Positions 37,084-49,243 of a DNA stretch of 64,000 bases are shown piece by piece. Position 1 is the first letter of the stretch. Each line of letters starts with the position of its first letter. The stretch is from Macrostomum lignano (taxonomy: Eukaryota), in assembly GCA_002269645.1 (NCBI GenBank), contig NIVC01000032.1:310001-374000 (forward strand), read 5' to 3'. Below the pieces are notes generated by a model. It saw nothing but the letters and a program-made list of their open reading frames with translations. It was not told the origin of the DNA and ran no database searches. A program made the position numbers and the translations under genes.

Positions 37084-37262
37084 CTGAGCCATGACATCTC
37101 AAAAATTCCCTAGTGAGACATGGCATCTCAGCAACTCCCCATTGAGCCCATTGACATTTAAGAAACCCCCTTGAGCTTTGGCAACGCAACGATACCACAC
37201 CCCATTGAGCCATTACATGCACTGTGTAGTGCTCTGCGCAATCGTCACTGCACAACGTCACC

Positions 37263-39310
37263 AACACGTTGAGAAGTTTGATACAGTCGAGGACTGTAGC
37301 AGAGTTGGTGCTGCAGCCATTGATGGCGTGCAAGGCAGCTTGGCTGTCCGAATGGAAAATGATGTTCTTGCCAATAACGCCAGTGGCGAGAAGCTCTGCA
37401 GTGCAGGAGCTGATTGCCAGAACTTCATTTTGGAAAACACTGGAGTTGACCCCAGTGTATTGAGCGTGGGTAGCGATGACCCTCCCGTTCAGAAAGATTC
37501 CAACACCAAAGCCGGTGTTGGCTGACTGCTTAGAACCGTCGGTGTAGCAATGAAGCTCACCAAGGTTCCATTGGTCATTGATGTTATCGCGCGAGTCGAT
37601 AGCTACGGAGTAGCGCTGTCTCAGGTTGAGCGTTGAGGCAATGCCATCGGTGAAGACGCGATTGGCCTGACACTCGTTGAGAAAGTTGAGGCACAGGTCG
37701 CTATGCGGGACAAGGTTCCGCTTAGCAGGTGCTCTCATGTAAATGAATTTGACGCCGGCATCAATTAGACGCCGCGTCGTTCTAGCCGCCTCACCCCTGA
37801 CGAAGAGGTCAAGAGGCGGTAGATTAAGGAAGGCCCCCATGCCAGCAAAGGGCGTGGACCTGGTGGCGTTGCAGATGAGCCTACACGCTCTGCCTTGGAT
37901 CGTGTTGAGCAGGTCTGCATGGCTTTTGACCTGGGTAGCGCTAACCCAGACAACAGAGGCGTACGTAATGGCAGGTCTAACTACGGAAGTATAGATCCAC
38001 CAAAGCCGCTTTGGGGATAGACCCCAAGAAGTGCCAAGTGCTCGTCGAAGCTGGGCCAGGATGGCTGAGGCACGCTTGGCTTTTGCTTTCACGTGGAAGG
38101 ACAAGTTAAGCCGGTGGTCAAGTATGACCCCGAGACATCTGGTCTGGTGCGCGAAGGCAATATCTCTGCCGTAGAGCTGCAGAGGACGTATGTTCCAGCG
38201 TAGTCTGCTGGTAAACATAATGGCAACGGTTTTGGGCTCAGAGAGTTCCAGACCATTGTCATTGGCCCAGGATTCTGCTTTGCAGATAAAGCTCTGCATC
38301 AGATCCCTGAGCGTGCTGGGAGACGGTCCTGCCACAATGGCCGTGACGTCATCAGCATACCCGACTTTGAAGACGGGGTCGGGTCGGGAGTCACTCAGAA
38401 GAGCGTCCATGACCAGGTTCCAGAGCGTCGGGGTGAGGACTCCGCCTTGGGGTCCACCCTTACAGACTCTGGTGGAGGCAGTTTGCCCAAGAAGTTGGGC
38501 AGTGACCGTACGGTTGGAGATCATGTACATGATCCACCGTATGAGGGTAGCATGAGCTTTGCGATTTTGAAGGGCCCTCTGAAACGCTTCAAAGATAACG
38601 TTGTCGAAGGCGCCAACAATGTCAAGAAAGAGAGCGAGGGCGTAACCGTCACCCAGTACCGCCCGTTCAATCTTCTCGACAATCGCATGCAGGGCGCTGT
38701 CAGTCGACCTCCCGGTACGGAAGGCGTGCTGATTATTGCTGAGGGGCATCGTTGTCAGCTCGCAGGAGAGCAGCCGCCAGAGAATAAGCCTCTCAGTGAG
38801 CTTAAGCATTGCTGACGTTAAGCTAATTGGCCGGAAGGCCTTGACGCTTTGGTAGTCACCCTTCCCAGGTTTGGGAATAAAGACTACCCGAGCTTCAGTC
38901 CAGCATTTGGGAACGTATCCCAGCTGGATAGAGGCCCGCATAAGATTGCGGGTGAGTCTCAGGAACGAGGGTATCTTGGCTGCTTCACGAAGGAGAACAG
39001 GGTAGATACCATCAGGTCCATGAGATTTGAAGGGTTTGAAGGTTCTGACCGCACGAGCGATTAGGTCTTCAGTGACAATGCCCGCCGCTAGGGTGGCTCC
39101 ATCCATCGAATGGTTGGGCTCCGGTCTAGCAGTAGGTACCCTCGGGAAGAATGTGCTGAGCATATGCTGAAGCACTTCTTCAGGGTCTTTAGTAAGAGAG
39201 CCATCATCTTTTTTGATCATGGCTAATTTGGACATTTTGTCCATTGTAAGGGCCTTGACAAGCCTAGAAGTAGGTCTGTCTTGATCCAATTCATTGCAGA
39301 ATTGGCGCCC
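37263..39310 (-). mobile_element. LINE ORF2 fragment with intact RT and partial RNase H (LOA/Lian-like), truncated at both ends
   Basis: KSHGPDGIYP, FRPISLTSAMLK, ALFLDIVGAFD, KGGPQGGVLTP, VGYADD, ELHCYTDGSK, FHSDSQAAL; the ORF runs on into non-LINE sequence after LNVL. Confidence 0.92.
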
Positions 39311-40010
39311 AGTGAATCCCCAGGGCATGCTGTCTGTGAATCCCCCGGGAATGCCGTCAGTGAATCCTCAGGGAATGCTGTCAGTGAATCCTCAGGGAAT
39401 GTTGTCAGTGAATCCTCAGGGAATGCTGTCAGTGAATCCTCAGGGAATTCTGTCAGTGAATCCCCAGGGCATGCTGTCTGTGAATCCCCCGGGAATGCTG
39501 TCAGTAAATCCTCAGGGAATGCTGTCAGTGAATCCTCAGGGAATGCTGTCAGTGAATCCCCAGGGAATGCTGTCAGTGAATCCTCAGGGAATGCTGTCAG
39601 TGAATCCTCAGGGAATGCTGTCAGTGAATCCCCAGGGAATGCTGTCAGTGAATCCCCAGGGAATGCTGTCAGTGAATCCCCAGGGAATGCTGTCAGTGAA
39701 TCCTCAGGGAATACTCTCAGTGAATCCTCAGGGAATGCTGTCAGTGAATCCTCAGGGAATGCTGTCAGTGAATCCTCAGGGAATGCTGTCAGTGAATCTC
39801 CAGGGAATGCTGTCAGTGAATCCTCAGGGAATGCTGTCAGTGAATCCTCAGGGAATGCTGTCAGTGAATCCTCAGGGAATGCTGTCAGTGAATCCTCAGG
39901 GAATGCTGTCAGTGAATCCTCAGGGAATGCTGTCAGTGAATCCCCAGGGAATGCTGTCAGTGAATCCTCAGGGAATGCTGTCAGTGAATCCTCAGGGAAT
40001 GCTGTCATTT
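39300..40010. repeat. 24-bp minisatellite CAGGGAATGCTGTCAGTGAATCCT
   Basis: Directly visible; abuts the LINE 5' truncation. Confidence 0.95.
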
Positions 40011-41028
40011 TCATGAAACATTTTCAATAAAGTGACTAAGTTAAGTTTTTAAAGAATTTCAAGAATTGACTTTAAAAAAGAAAACATTTTTATTTCTAAA
40101 ATATATAGTTAATCAATAGGTTGTGTTTTGAAAGTCGATTCAACATTTTTTTTAAAATTGTGGCTAAAAAGTTTTCTTCGAAATAAAAATTACATTCTAA
40201 ATTAATTTCCTCTAGCCCTGAAAATTTCCCCCCATTGCATTCCGACTCGAAATGGAATGTTTTACCGACCAGAAAACTCTGCATTCCTATTATTAAAGCA
40301 GTGCTATAAACAACAGAACAGCTAAAAACTGTCAAGAAGTGATCGAATGCAGATATTTTTCGTTTTCAATATTACAAAATAGAGCTCGACTCGAAATGAG
40401 AGCAGCTTTGGCTCTGATAATTGTCAGTCTGATTGGCTATGCTGATCATTGCGCAGGTAAGGCTGTGCTTTTCTGCTTGTGTTCTATACTACTTACATGC
40501 AGTACAGTATAGTACTTTTATATATCAGAACTCACATGTGGATAAGCAGCGTGCATGATTGCGCCATATCATGATACAAGATGCTTTATTTATAAAGGCA
40601 TTTCATTTATGAGTATTATTGAACTACTGAGAAGAAATGAATTTGAATCTGCAAATAGAAAAGTTATTATATACATGTATAATTTGTTTGTTAGCTATAA
40701 AAACATGATGTTTCGACTAAAGCAGAAAGCATCGGCCCTCTGTAAGCCAGCTATCTAAACTTAGAGATATTTGCATCCCCTATGAGCCTCTTGAGCCATG
40801 GCATCTCAGCAACTCCCCATTGAGCCAATTGGCATCTCAGCAATTCCCCCAGTAAGCCATGGCATCTCAGCAACTCCCCATTGAGCCAATTGGCATCTCA
40901 GCAACTCCCCATTGAGCATTAACAACGCAGCGATACCGCACCCCAGTGAGCCATTACATGCACTGTGCAGTTCTCTGCGCAATCGTCACTGCACAACGTC
41001 ACCATCCTGATAATGCATTGCATTGCAG

Positions 41029-42039
41029 CTTTAAAGCGTCTCGGCTGCTTCATGGACCAGTCAAGTCCGCGGGATCTACCGCACGCGCGTTATCATAGCA
41101 GCAAAAATACGCCAGGCGTTTGTGTGGCTCATTGCAAGTCTAAAGGCTACCCGTATGCAGCTGTTGACTATGGCCGAGATTGCAGTTGTGGCCATTCGTT
41201 TGGGCGCTACGGCAGGGCACAGGACTCTGAGTGCGAGACATACCAGTGTACCGGTGACCCCAAACAGTTTTGCGGTGGATATTGGAGGAACGACGTGTAT
41301 TTGAAGGGATTAAGTGGTAAAGTCGCTTGGCTCTCTGCCTAGGCTTGAAGCACAAGTGTGAATGCATAGTGTGCTATTGCTAATGAATAAATTTCGCTTA
41401 ATTTTCCAATACTTGCAGTGCTTAGACAGCTGGGCTGCTACAAAGACACAGGAGACAATTGGGATCTGCTAGTTTTAGGAATGCGAAAGAACAACTCGCC
41501 AGAAAATTGTGTAAAAGAGTGCAAAGGCAGAGGATACCTGTATGCTGGTGTGCAAGCAAAGTACTGGTGTCATTGTGGCAATAGATATGGAACTCACGGC
41601 AAAGTGGATAGCTCCGAGTGTAATCAAAAGTGCGCTGGAGACAGCAGGAAGACCTGCGGCTCTGGTTGGCGAAACGAGATATTCGCCACGGGGCTGGACA
41701 GTAAGGCTTTTTATTTATTTGTTGACAGCACGCAATAAATTAACATGACATTAATGTGTAATGACGGCAAATACCTGACATTTTACAGCCCCGGGATACG
41801 TGGGCAGTTTCATGGACAGGGGCAGCCCTCACCGGGATCTTCTACATTTAAAAAAAAGTTATGGCATCACGCCAAGAAAATGTGCATTGTACTGCAAATC
41901 CAAGAACTACCGGTAGGCAATTGATTTGGTCAACACGGCAAAGTGCCTGACAATGAATGCAACCATCGTTGCATCGGGGACAATCGGCAGAATTGCGGGT
42001 CCGGCTGGAGGAACCAAATTTACTCAACTGTTGAGTACT
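41029..42039 (+). CDS. WSC (carbohydrate-binding) domain repeat gene fragment: exons 41029-41316, 41419-41700 and degenerate 41789-42039
   Basis: LGCF/YxD...C...C...YAAVDYGRDCSCG...C...CTGDPKQFCGG WSC cysteine pattern; AG/GT phase 1-1 exons; third exon has a TAG, a deletion and a frameshift; start and stop exons not found. Confidence 0.82.
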
Positions 42040-42700
42040 GTGAGTATAGTTTTGCTATCTGATAATATCGTTTCTACCCGCCTTTGCAAAGCTTTCATAA
42101 ATTGTCCCAAACTAGCGCAACGTACACAACGAAAGCGCAACGTCAGACATGTACACTCTGTATCCTGGATTAAAACTCATTTTTATCGAGTAATGATGCA
42201 GCGGAAAATAAAACTTTACCATTTCAGAAACCTGAAGAAAACGGACTGAATTAACTGAAACCGTGATAAACTGATATATACGATGCTTTATGACGACATT
42301 TGAATCAGCCTGCTGGCCTAAATAGATCAATCAAATATATCCGCATCAAAAAACGCATTGTTCGAATTCTTTTTTGGTTACCTTGGCAACTAACTGAATG
42401 CGTTTACTTTTGAACTAGGAGCAACAGAACTTGACAGATCACCATTTTCACTATTGACAATCTTCATTTCAATAGTGACAATAAGCATTCAATTTTCACA
42501 TTGAGCGATAAGTAATCACTATAAACCGCTTTTTGTGGAAGAAGCTGAACGTTTTCACTAAAATTTTTGACATTGTACATTCATTATACATTTAGGATGC
42601 TTAATGTGTATGCAATGGAAATAGATTTTCCTACACAGACTGCGCTTTGTTGTGCACAGATCCAGACCAAAGACAAACTCCAATAGTTATGTGAAGTCAG

Positions 42701-43552
42701 CAACTCGCGGGTGAGGGAGGCACGACACGGGTGAGGGTGACGAACCAGGGCGGAACAGGCCAAACACCAGACAAAAAGGGAGGAGGCGAGGGGGAAGCAG
42801 TCAGTAAAACAGAAAGTTAGACTTGGGCGGCAGCCGCCAAAGCTCCCACAACACGTCGAGAGCCACCCGAGAGCGGCAGATAGCGCAGAACGGCGTTGCT
42901 GCGCCAGCCATCGATCTGCTTCACGTCGTCGACCGAGAGGCCCGCCTCGAATGCGTGGCAGGCGCCGCCACGTCGCATCGAGTGACCGGAGAACTGACAG
43001 GATGGCACCCCTGCGGCGTCAAGGGAGCGGCGAAGCATTCGGTTGAAACCCGCAGCTGACATGGCACGCCAACCGCGGCTACAGTGGAAGCTGAACAGTG
43101 GCCAGTCGGGTGTCTTGGTCGGGCAGATGCCGTTGCTCGACAGGTGTTTAGCGAGTGCCTCCGCCGAACAGAGCGGATGTCCTCTGGCCAGTCTTGGTAG
43201 CTGGACATACTGGTCCCATTGCACCAGCTGATTGGTTTTGGACACCCGGATGCGAAGCCGGGCTCCGTCGGTGTCCTGCAGATCACTTGCGCGGGCCAGT
43301 GAGCGCAGTGAGAACAGGTTGGCGTATCTGAGCTGGCCGTCGAATCGTCGTCGAATCGAATCACCCGAGCTGTATCATGGCCGCAGTCGAGGAGCTCGCC
43401 GATTTGCACGTTGTATTGCAGGTATTCCGAGACGGTTTGATCCGTTAGTTGTCCCGATTTGAGAAGATACTCGAGGATCCGAGCGTTTGCCATGATCCAC
43501 TGCCCGACGGACATCGCCTCTGGTTTCATGCTACTGCATACTTATTGTCATT
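42701..43552 (-). mobile_element. Internally deleted DIRS-order (Ngaro-like) tyrosine-recombinase retroelement: gag fragment fused to YR core
   Basis: Gag-like GQWIMANARIL...EYLQYNVQIGEL...RFDD; YR frame open 43374-42817 with LRYANL, SKTNQ, GHSMRRGG, GW, LRY; RT and RNase H absent. Confidence 0.82.
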
Positions 43553-46500
43553 ACAAACTCCGATGGTTATGTGAAGTCAGTGAATCATTGCACACAGATC
43601 CAGACCATAGACAAATCCGATGGTTATGTGAAGTCAGTGAATCATTGCGCACAGATCCAGACCCTAGACAAATCCGATGGTTATGTGAAGTCAGTGAATC
43701 ATTGCGCACAGATCCAGACCATAGACAAATCCGATGGTTATGTGAAGTCAGTGAATCATTGCGCACAGATCCAGACCATAGACAAATCCGATGGTTATGT
43801 GAAGTCAGTGAATCGTTGCACACAGATCCAGACCATAGACAAATCCGATGGTTATGTGAAGTCAGTGAATCATTGCGCACAGATCCAGACCATAGACAAA
43901 TCCGATGGTTATGTGAAGTCAGTGAATCATTGCGCACAGATCCAGACCATAGACAAATCCGATGGTTATGTGAAGTCAGTGAATCATTGCGCACAGATCC
44001 AGACCATAGACAAATCCGATGGTTATGTGAAGTCAGTGAATCATTGCACACAGATCCAGACCATAGACAAATCCGATGGTTATGTGAAGTCAGTGAATCA
44101 TTGCGCACAGATCCAGACCCTAGACAAATCCGATGGTTATGTGAAGTCAGTGAATCATTGCGCACAGATCCAGACCATAGACAAATCCGATGGTTATGTG
44201 AAGTCAGTGAATCATTGCGCACAGATCCAGACCATAGACAAATCCGATGGTTATGTGAAGTCAGTGAATCATTGCACACAGATCCAGACCATAGACAAAT
44301 CCGATGGTTATGTGAAGTCAGTGAATCATTGCACACAGATCCAGACCATAGACAAATCCGATGGTTATGTGAAGTCAGTGAATCATTGCGCACAGATCCA
44401 GACCCTAGACAAATCCGATGGTTATGTGAAGTCAGTGAATCGTTGCGCACAGATCCAGACCCTAGACAAATCCGATGGTTATGTGAAGTCAGTGAATCAT
44501 TGCGCACAGATCCAGACCATAGACAAATCCGATGGTTATGTGAAGTCAGTGAATCATTGCGCACAGATCCAGACCCTAGACAAATCCGATGGTTATGTGA
44601 AGTCAGTGAATCATTGCGCACAGATCCAGACCCTAGACAAATCCGATGGTTATGTGAAGTCAGTGAATCATTGCGCACAGATCCAGACCATAGACAAATC
44701 CGTTGGTTATGTGAAGTCAGTGAATCATTGCACACAGATCCAGACCGTAGACAAATCCGATGGTTATGTGAAGTCAGTGAATCGTTGCGCACAGATTCAG
44801 ACCATAGACAAATCCGATGGTTATGTGAAGTCAGTGAATCGTTGCGCACAGATCCAGACCATAGACAAATCCGATGGTTATGTGAAGTCAGTGACTCATT
44901 GCACACAGATCCAGACCATAGACAAATCCTATGGTTATGTGAAGTCAGTGAATCATTGCACACAGATCCAGACCATAGACAAATCCGATGGTTATGTGAA
45001 GTCAGTGAATCATTGCGCACAGATCCAGACCATAGACAAATCCGATGGTTATGTGAAGTCAGTGAATCATTGCGCACAGATCCAGACCATAGACAAATCC
45101 GATGGTTATGTGAAGTCAGTGAATCATTGCACACAGATCCAGACCCTAGACAAATCCGATGGTTATGTGAAGTCAGTGAATCATTGCGCACAGATCCAGA
45201 CCATAGACAAATCCGATGGTTATGTGAAGTCAGTGAATCGTTGCGCACAGATCCAGACCATAGACAAATCCGATGGTTATGTGAAGTCAGTGAATCGTTG
45301 CGCACAGATCCAGACCCTAGACAAATCCGATGGTTATGTGAAGTCAGTGAATCATTGCGCACAGATCCAGACCATAGACAAATCCGATGGTTATGTGAAG
45401 TCAGTGAATCATTGCGCACAGATCCAGACCATAGACAAATCCGATGGTTATGTGAAGTCAGTGAATCATTGCGCACAGATCCAGACCATAGACAAATCCG
45501 ATGGTTATGTGAAGTCAGTGAATCATTGCGCACAGATCCAGACCCTAGACAAATCCGATGGTTATGTGAAGTCAGTGAATCATTGCGCACAGATCCAGAC
45601 CATAGACAAATCCGTTGGTTATGTGAAGTCAGTGAATCATTGCACACAGATCCAGACCGTAGACAAATCCGATGGTTATGTGAAGTCAGTGAATCGTTGC
45701 GCACAGATTAAGACCATAGACAAATCCGATGGTTATGTGAAGTCAGTGACTCATTGCACACAGATCCAGACCATAGACAAATCCGATGGTTATGTGAAGT
45801 CAGTGAATCATTGCACACAGATCCAGACCATAGACAAATCCGATGGTTATGTGAAGTCAGTGAATCATTGCGCACAGATCCAGACCATAGACAAATCCGA
45901 TGGTTATGTGAAGTCAGTGAATCATTGCGCACAGATCCAGACCATAGACAAATCCGATGGTTATGTGAAGTCAGTGAATCATTGCACACAGATCCAGACC
46001 CTAGACAAATCCGATGGTTATGTGAAGTCAGTGAATCATTGCGCACAGATCCAGACCATAGACAAATCCGATGGTTATGTGAAGTCAGTGAATCGTTGCG
46101 CACAGATCCAGACCATAGACAAATCCGATGGTTATGTGAAGTCAGTGAATCGTTGCGCACAGATCCAGACCCTAGACAAATCCGATGGTTATGTGAAGTC
46201 AGTGAATCATTGCGCACAGATCCAGACCATAGACAAATCCGATGGTTATGTGAAGTCAGTGAATCATTGCGCACAGATCCAGACCATAGACAAATCCGAT
46301 GGTTATGTGAAGTCAGTGAATCATTGCGCACAGATCCAGACCATAGACAAATCCGATGGTTATGTGAAGTCAGTGAATCATTGCGCACAGATCCAGACCC
46401 TAGACAAATCCGATGGTTATGTGAAGTCAGTGAATCATTGCGCACAGATCCAGACCATAGACAAATCCGATGGTTATGTGAAGTCAGTGAATCATTGCGC

Positions 46501-47020
46501 ACAGATCCAGACCCTAGACAAATCCGATGGTTATGTGAAGTCAGTGAATCATTGCGCACAGATCCAGACCATAGACAAATCCGTTGGTTATGTGAAGTCA
46601 GTGAATCATTGCACACAGATCCAGACCATAGACAAATCCGATGGTTATGTGAAGTCAGTGAATCGTTGCGCACAGATTCAGACCATAGACAAATCCGATG
46701 GTTATGTGAAGTCAGTGAATCGTTGCGCACAGATCCAGACCATAGACAAATCCGATGGTTATGTGAAGTCAGTGACTCATTGCACACAGATCCAGACCAT
46801 AGACAAATCCGATGGTTATGTGAAGTCAGTGAATCATTGCACACAGATCCAGACCATAGACAAATCCGATGGTTATGTGAAGTCAGTGAATCATTGCGCA
46901 CAGATCCAGACCCTAGACAAATCCGATGGTTATGTGAAGTCAGTGAATCATTGCGCACAGATCCAGACCGTAGACAAATCCGATGGTTATGTGAAGTCAG
47001 TGAATCATTGCGCACAGATC
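43553..47020. repeat. 57-bp satellite, ~61 copies, with 16-17-mer higher-order periodicity
   Basis: Unit GATGGTTATGTGAAGTCAGTGAATCATTGCGCACAGATCCAGACCATAGACAAATCC; rare variant CCGTTGG at 44703, 45615 and 46584. Confidence 0.97.
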
Positions 47021-47654
47021 ATGCTCTTACTGATCTGTTTACTTTGCAAAATGAGTAGAGTTTACCGTGTATGTATGTCTCATAAAATAGCTTCTGTATT
47101 CTTCACTGCTACTGAACTGTAAGTAGTAAAGATGCCTGAGTGGCAAATCTAGTTACGAGAGTATTTTTGGCTTTCGGCTTTCGGGGCCAACAACTTGCTG
47201 CTGTATTGTGTGCTCACAGCTCACAGTTAATTTTATTGATTAACAATCTAAGTATTTTAGTAAAGGAGTTTTTTACGCTCGGGAAAGCGAGTTTATGCAC
47301 AGACAGTTATTAATAATTCCCCGGAGAAGGAATTTGCTTCCGTCTTAGCTGTGATCCTCGTTTTTTACGGTGCCTGTCAGCTGACATTTCGTAATCTTGC
47401 TGTTGAGTCTCTCGGGTAAAGAAGTTATTATACATGCGAAAGCAAGGGGGTCGAGTTGAAAAAAAATTGGTTTGAGTTCTGCCCCGCCCTCGAGGTCAAC
47501 CAACCAATCAATCAATCAATTATCGACGAAATTAGCGATCTATCGGTGTCCTAACACGTGTGCAGGTGTGTGACGTGTACCGCGATTTTATAGATTAGCG
47601 TGCCGTCTTGTAAGCGTATTTGATCGCAGTGGAATGCTTGAGAGATCAATGCAC

Positions 47655-48560
47655 ATTTGCTGATTGCTGAGGGTGAGGGGAATTCAGTGTACATTTGCAG
47701 ATTGCTGAGGGTGAGGGAAATTCAGTGTACATTTGCAGATTGCTGAGGGTGAGGGAAATTCAGTGTACATTTGCAGATTGCTGAGGGTGAGGGAAATTCA
47801 GTGTACATTTGCTGATTGCTGAGGGGAGTTCAGTGTACATTTGCTGATTGCTGAGGGGAATTCAGTGTACATTTGCAGATTCCTGAGGGGAATTCAATGA
47901 TCATTTGCTGATAGCTGAGGGGTATTCAGTGTACATTTGCTGATTGCTGAGGGGAATTAAGTGTACATTTGCTGATTGCTGAGGGGAATTCAATGTACAT
48001 TTGCTGATTGCTGAGGGGAATTAAGTACATTTGCAGATTGCTGAGGGGAATTCAATGTACATTTGCTGATTGCTGAGGGGAATTAAGTACATTTGCTGAT
48101 TGCTGAGGGGAATTAAGTACATTTGCTGATTGCTGAGGGGAATTAAGTACATTTGCTGATTGCTGAGGGGAATTCAATGTACATTTGCTGATTGCTGAGG
48201 GGAATTAAGTACATTTGCAGATTGCTGAGGGGAATTCGGTGTACATTTGCAGATTGCTGAGGGGAATTCAGTGTACATTAGCTGATTGCTGAGGGGACTT
48301 CAGTGTACATTTGCAGATTGCTGAGGGTGAGGGGAATTAAGTGTACATTTGCAGATTGCTGAGGAGAATTCAGTGTACATTTGTTGATTGCTGAGGGGAA
48401 TTCAGTGTACATTTGCAGATTGCTGAGGAGAATTCAGTGTACATTTGTTGATTGCTGAGGGGAATTCAGTGTACATTTGCAGATTGCTGAGGGGAATTAA
48501 GTGTACATTTGCAGATTGCTGAGGAGAATTCAGTGTACATTTGTTGATTGCTTACGGGAA
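47655..48560. repeat. ~28-34-bp minisatellite GATTGCTGAGGGGAATTCAGTGTACATTTGC
   Basis: Directly visible. Confidence 0.93.
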
Positions 48561-49243
48561 TTCAATGTCTGTCAATTGCGCCAATTCTATTAGCTAACTA
48601 TAAAAAAATATGCATACAAACCAACTACTTAGTTATGCTAATTAACTAATTAAATTATGCCAGTGCAGCAGCAGTGCACGACACCCTCTCGGACACCTAA
48701 TCACTGGGCGATAGAAACTGTTTCTCACATTGACAGTTTTATTGTGTCTGGATAATGATTGTGTTTATTGTGAAGAGGCTGCCTCACTAACTCAGAACAG
48801 CTCTATGTTAAACAATGTTCTTCGTACAGCGTTTCTCTAATTATGAGCATCAATGAGCCCTGCATTATGTGCACTTTCTGGATAATAAGCAGGGTTCCCA
48901 TTGATAACTGGATAGTGATAGACAGAGTGCTCACCAATGACTAGAGAGTGATAGATAGAGTGCTCAATCATGAATAAGAGAGTGAGAGACAGAGTGCTCA
49001 ATAATGAATAAGAGAGTGAGAGACAGAGTGCTCAACAATGAGTAAGCAGAGAATCCCATGACTCAGGCAGGATTAGCACAGCGGATATTCATTGGTCCCC
49101 CAAATACTGCAGTCAGCAGCCAGCCAATGGGTGGCACAAAAAACCGCCCCGCAGTAACAAAGCAACTTCATATATGAGAAGTTGTCACTTGCCACACATG
49201 TTGTGAAAAGTGGCACTGAAGACAGCTATAACAAAATAAAAAC

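Noticed and set aside
39223-40030. 240-263-aa ORFs apparently extending the LINE ORF2 N-terminus
   Set aside because: They translate the 24-bp minisatellite. No endonuclease motifs are present and LINE homology stops near 39310.
43459-47122. Very long ORFs (750, 1183, 717 and 434 aa) over the 57-bp array
   Set aside because: The unit length is a multiple of 3 and happens to lack stops in three frames. Variants are non-synonymous in each frame, and there is no splice or domain context. Treated as satellite read-through.
49110-49155. CCAAT box and GC box upstream of the channel ATG
   Set aside because: Short motifs expected by chance, and there is no TSS evidence.
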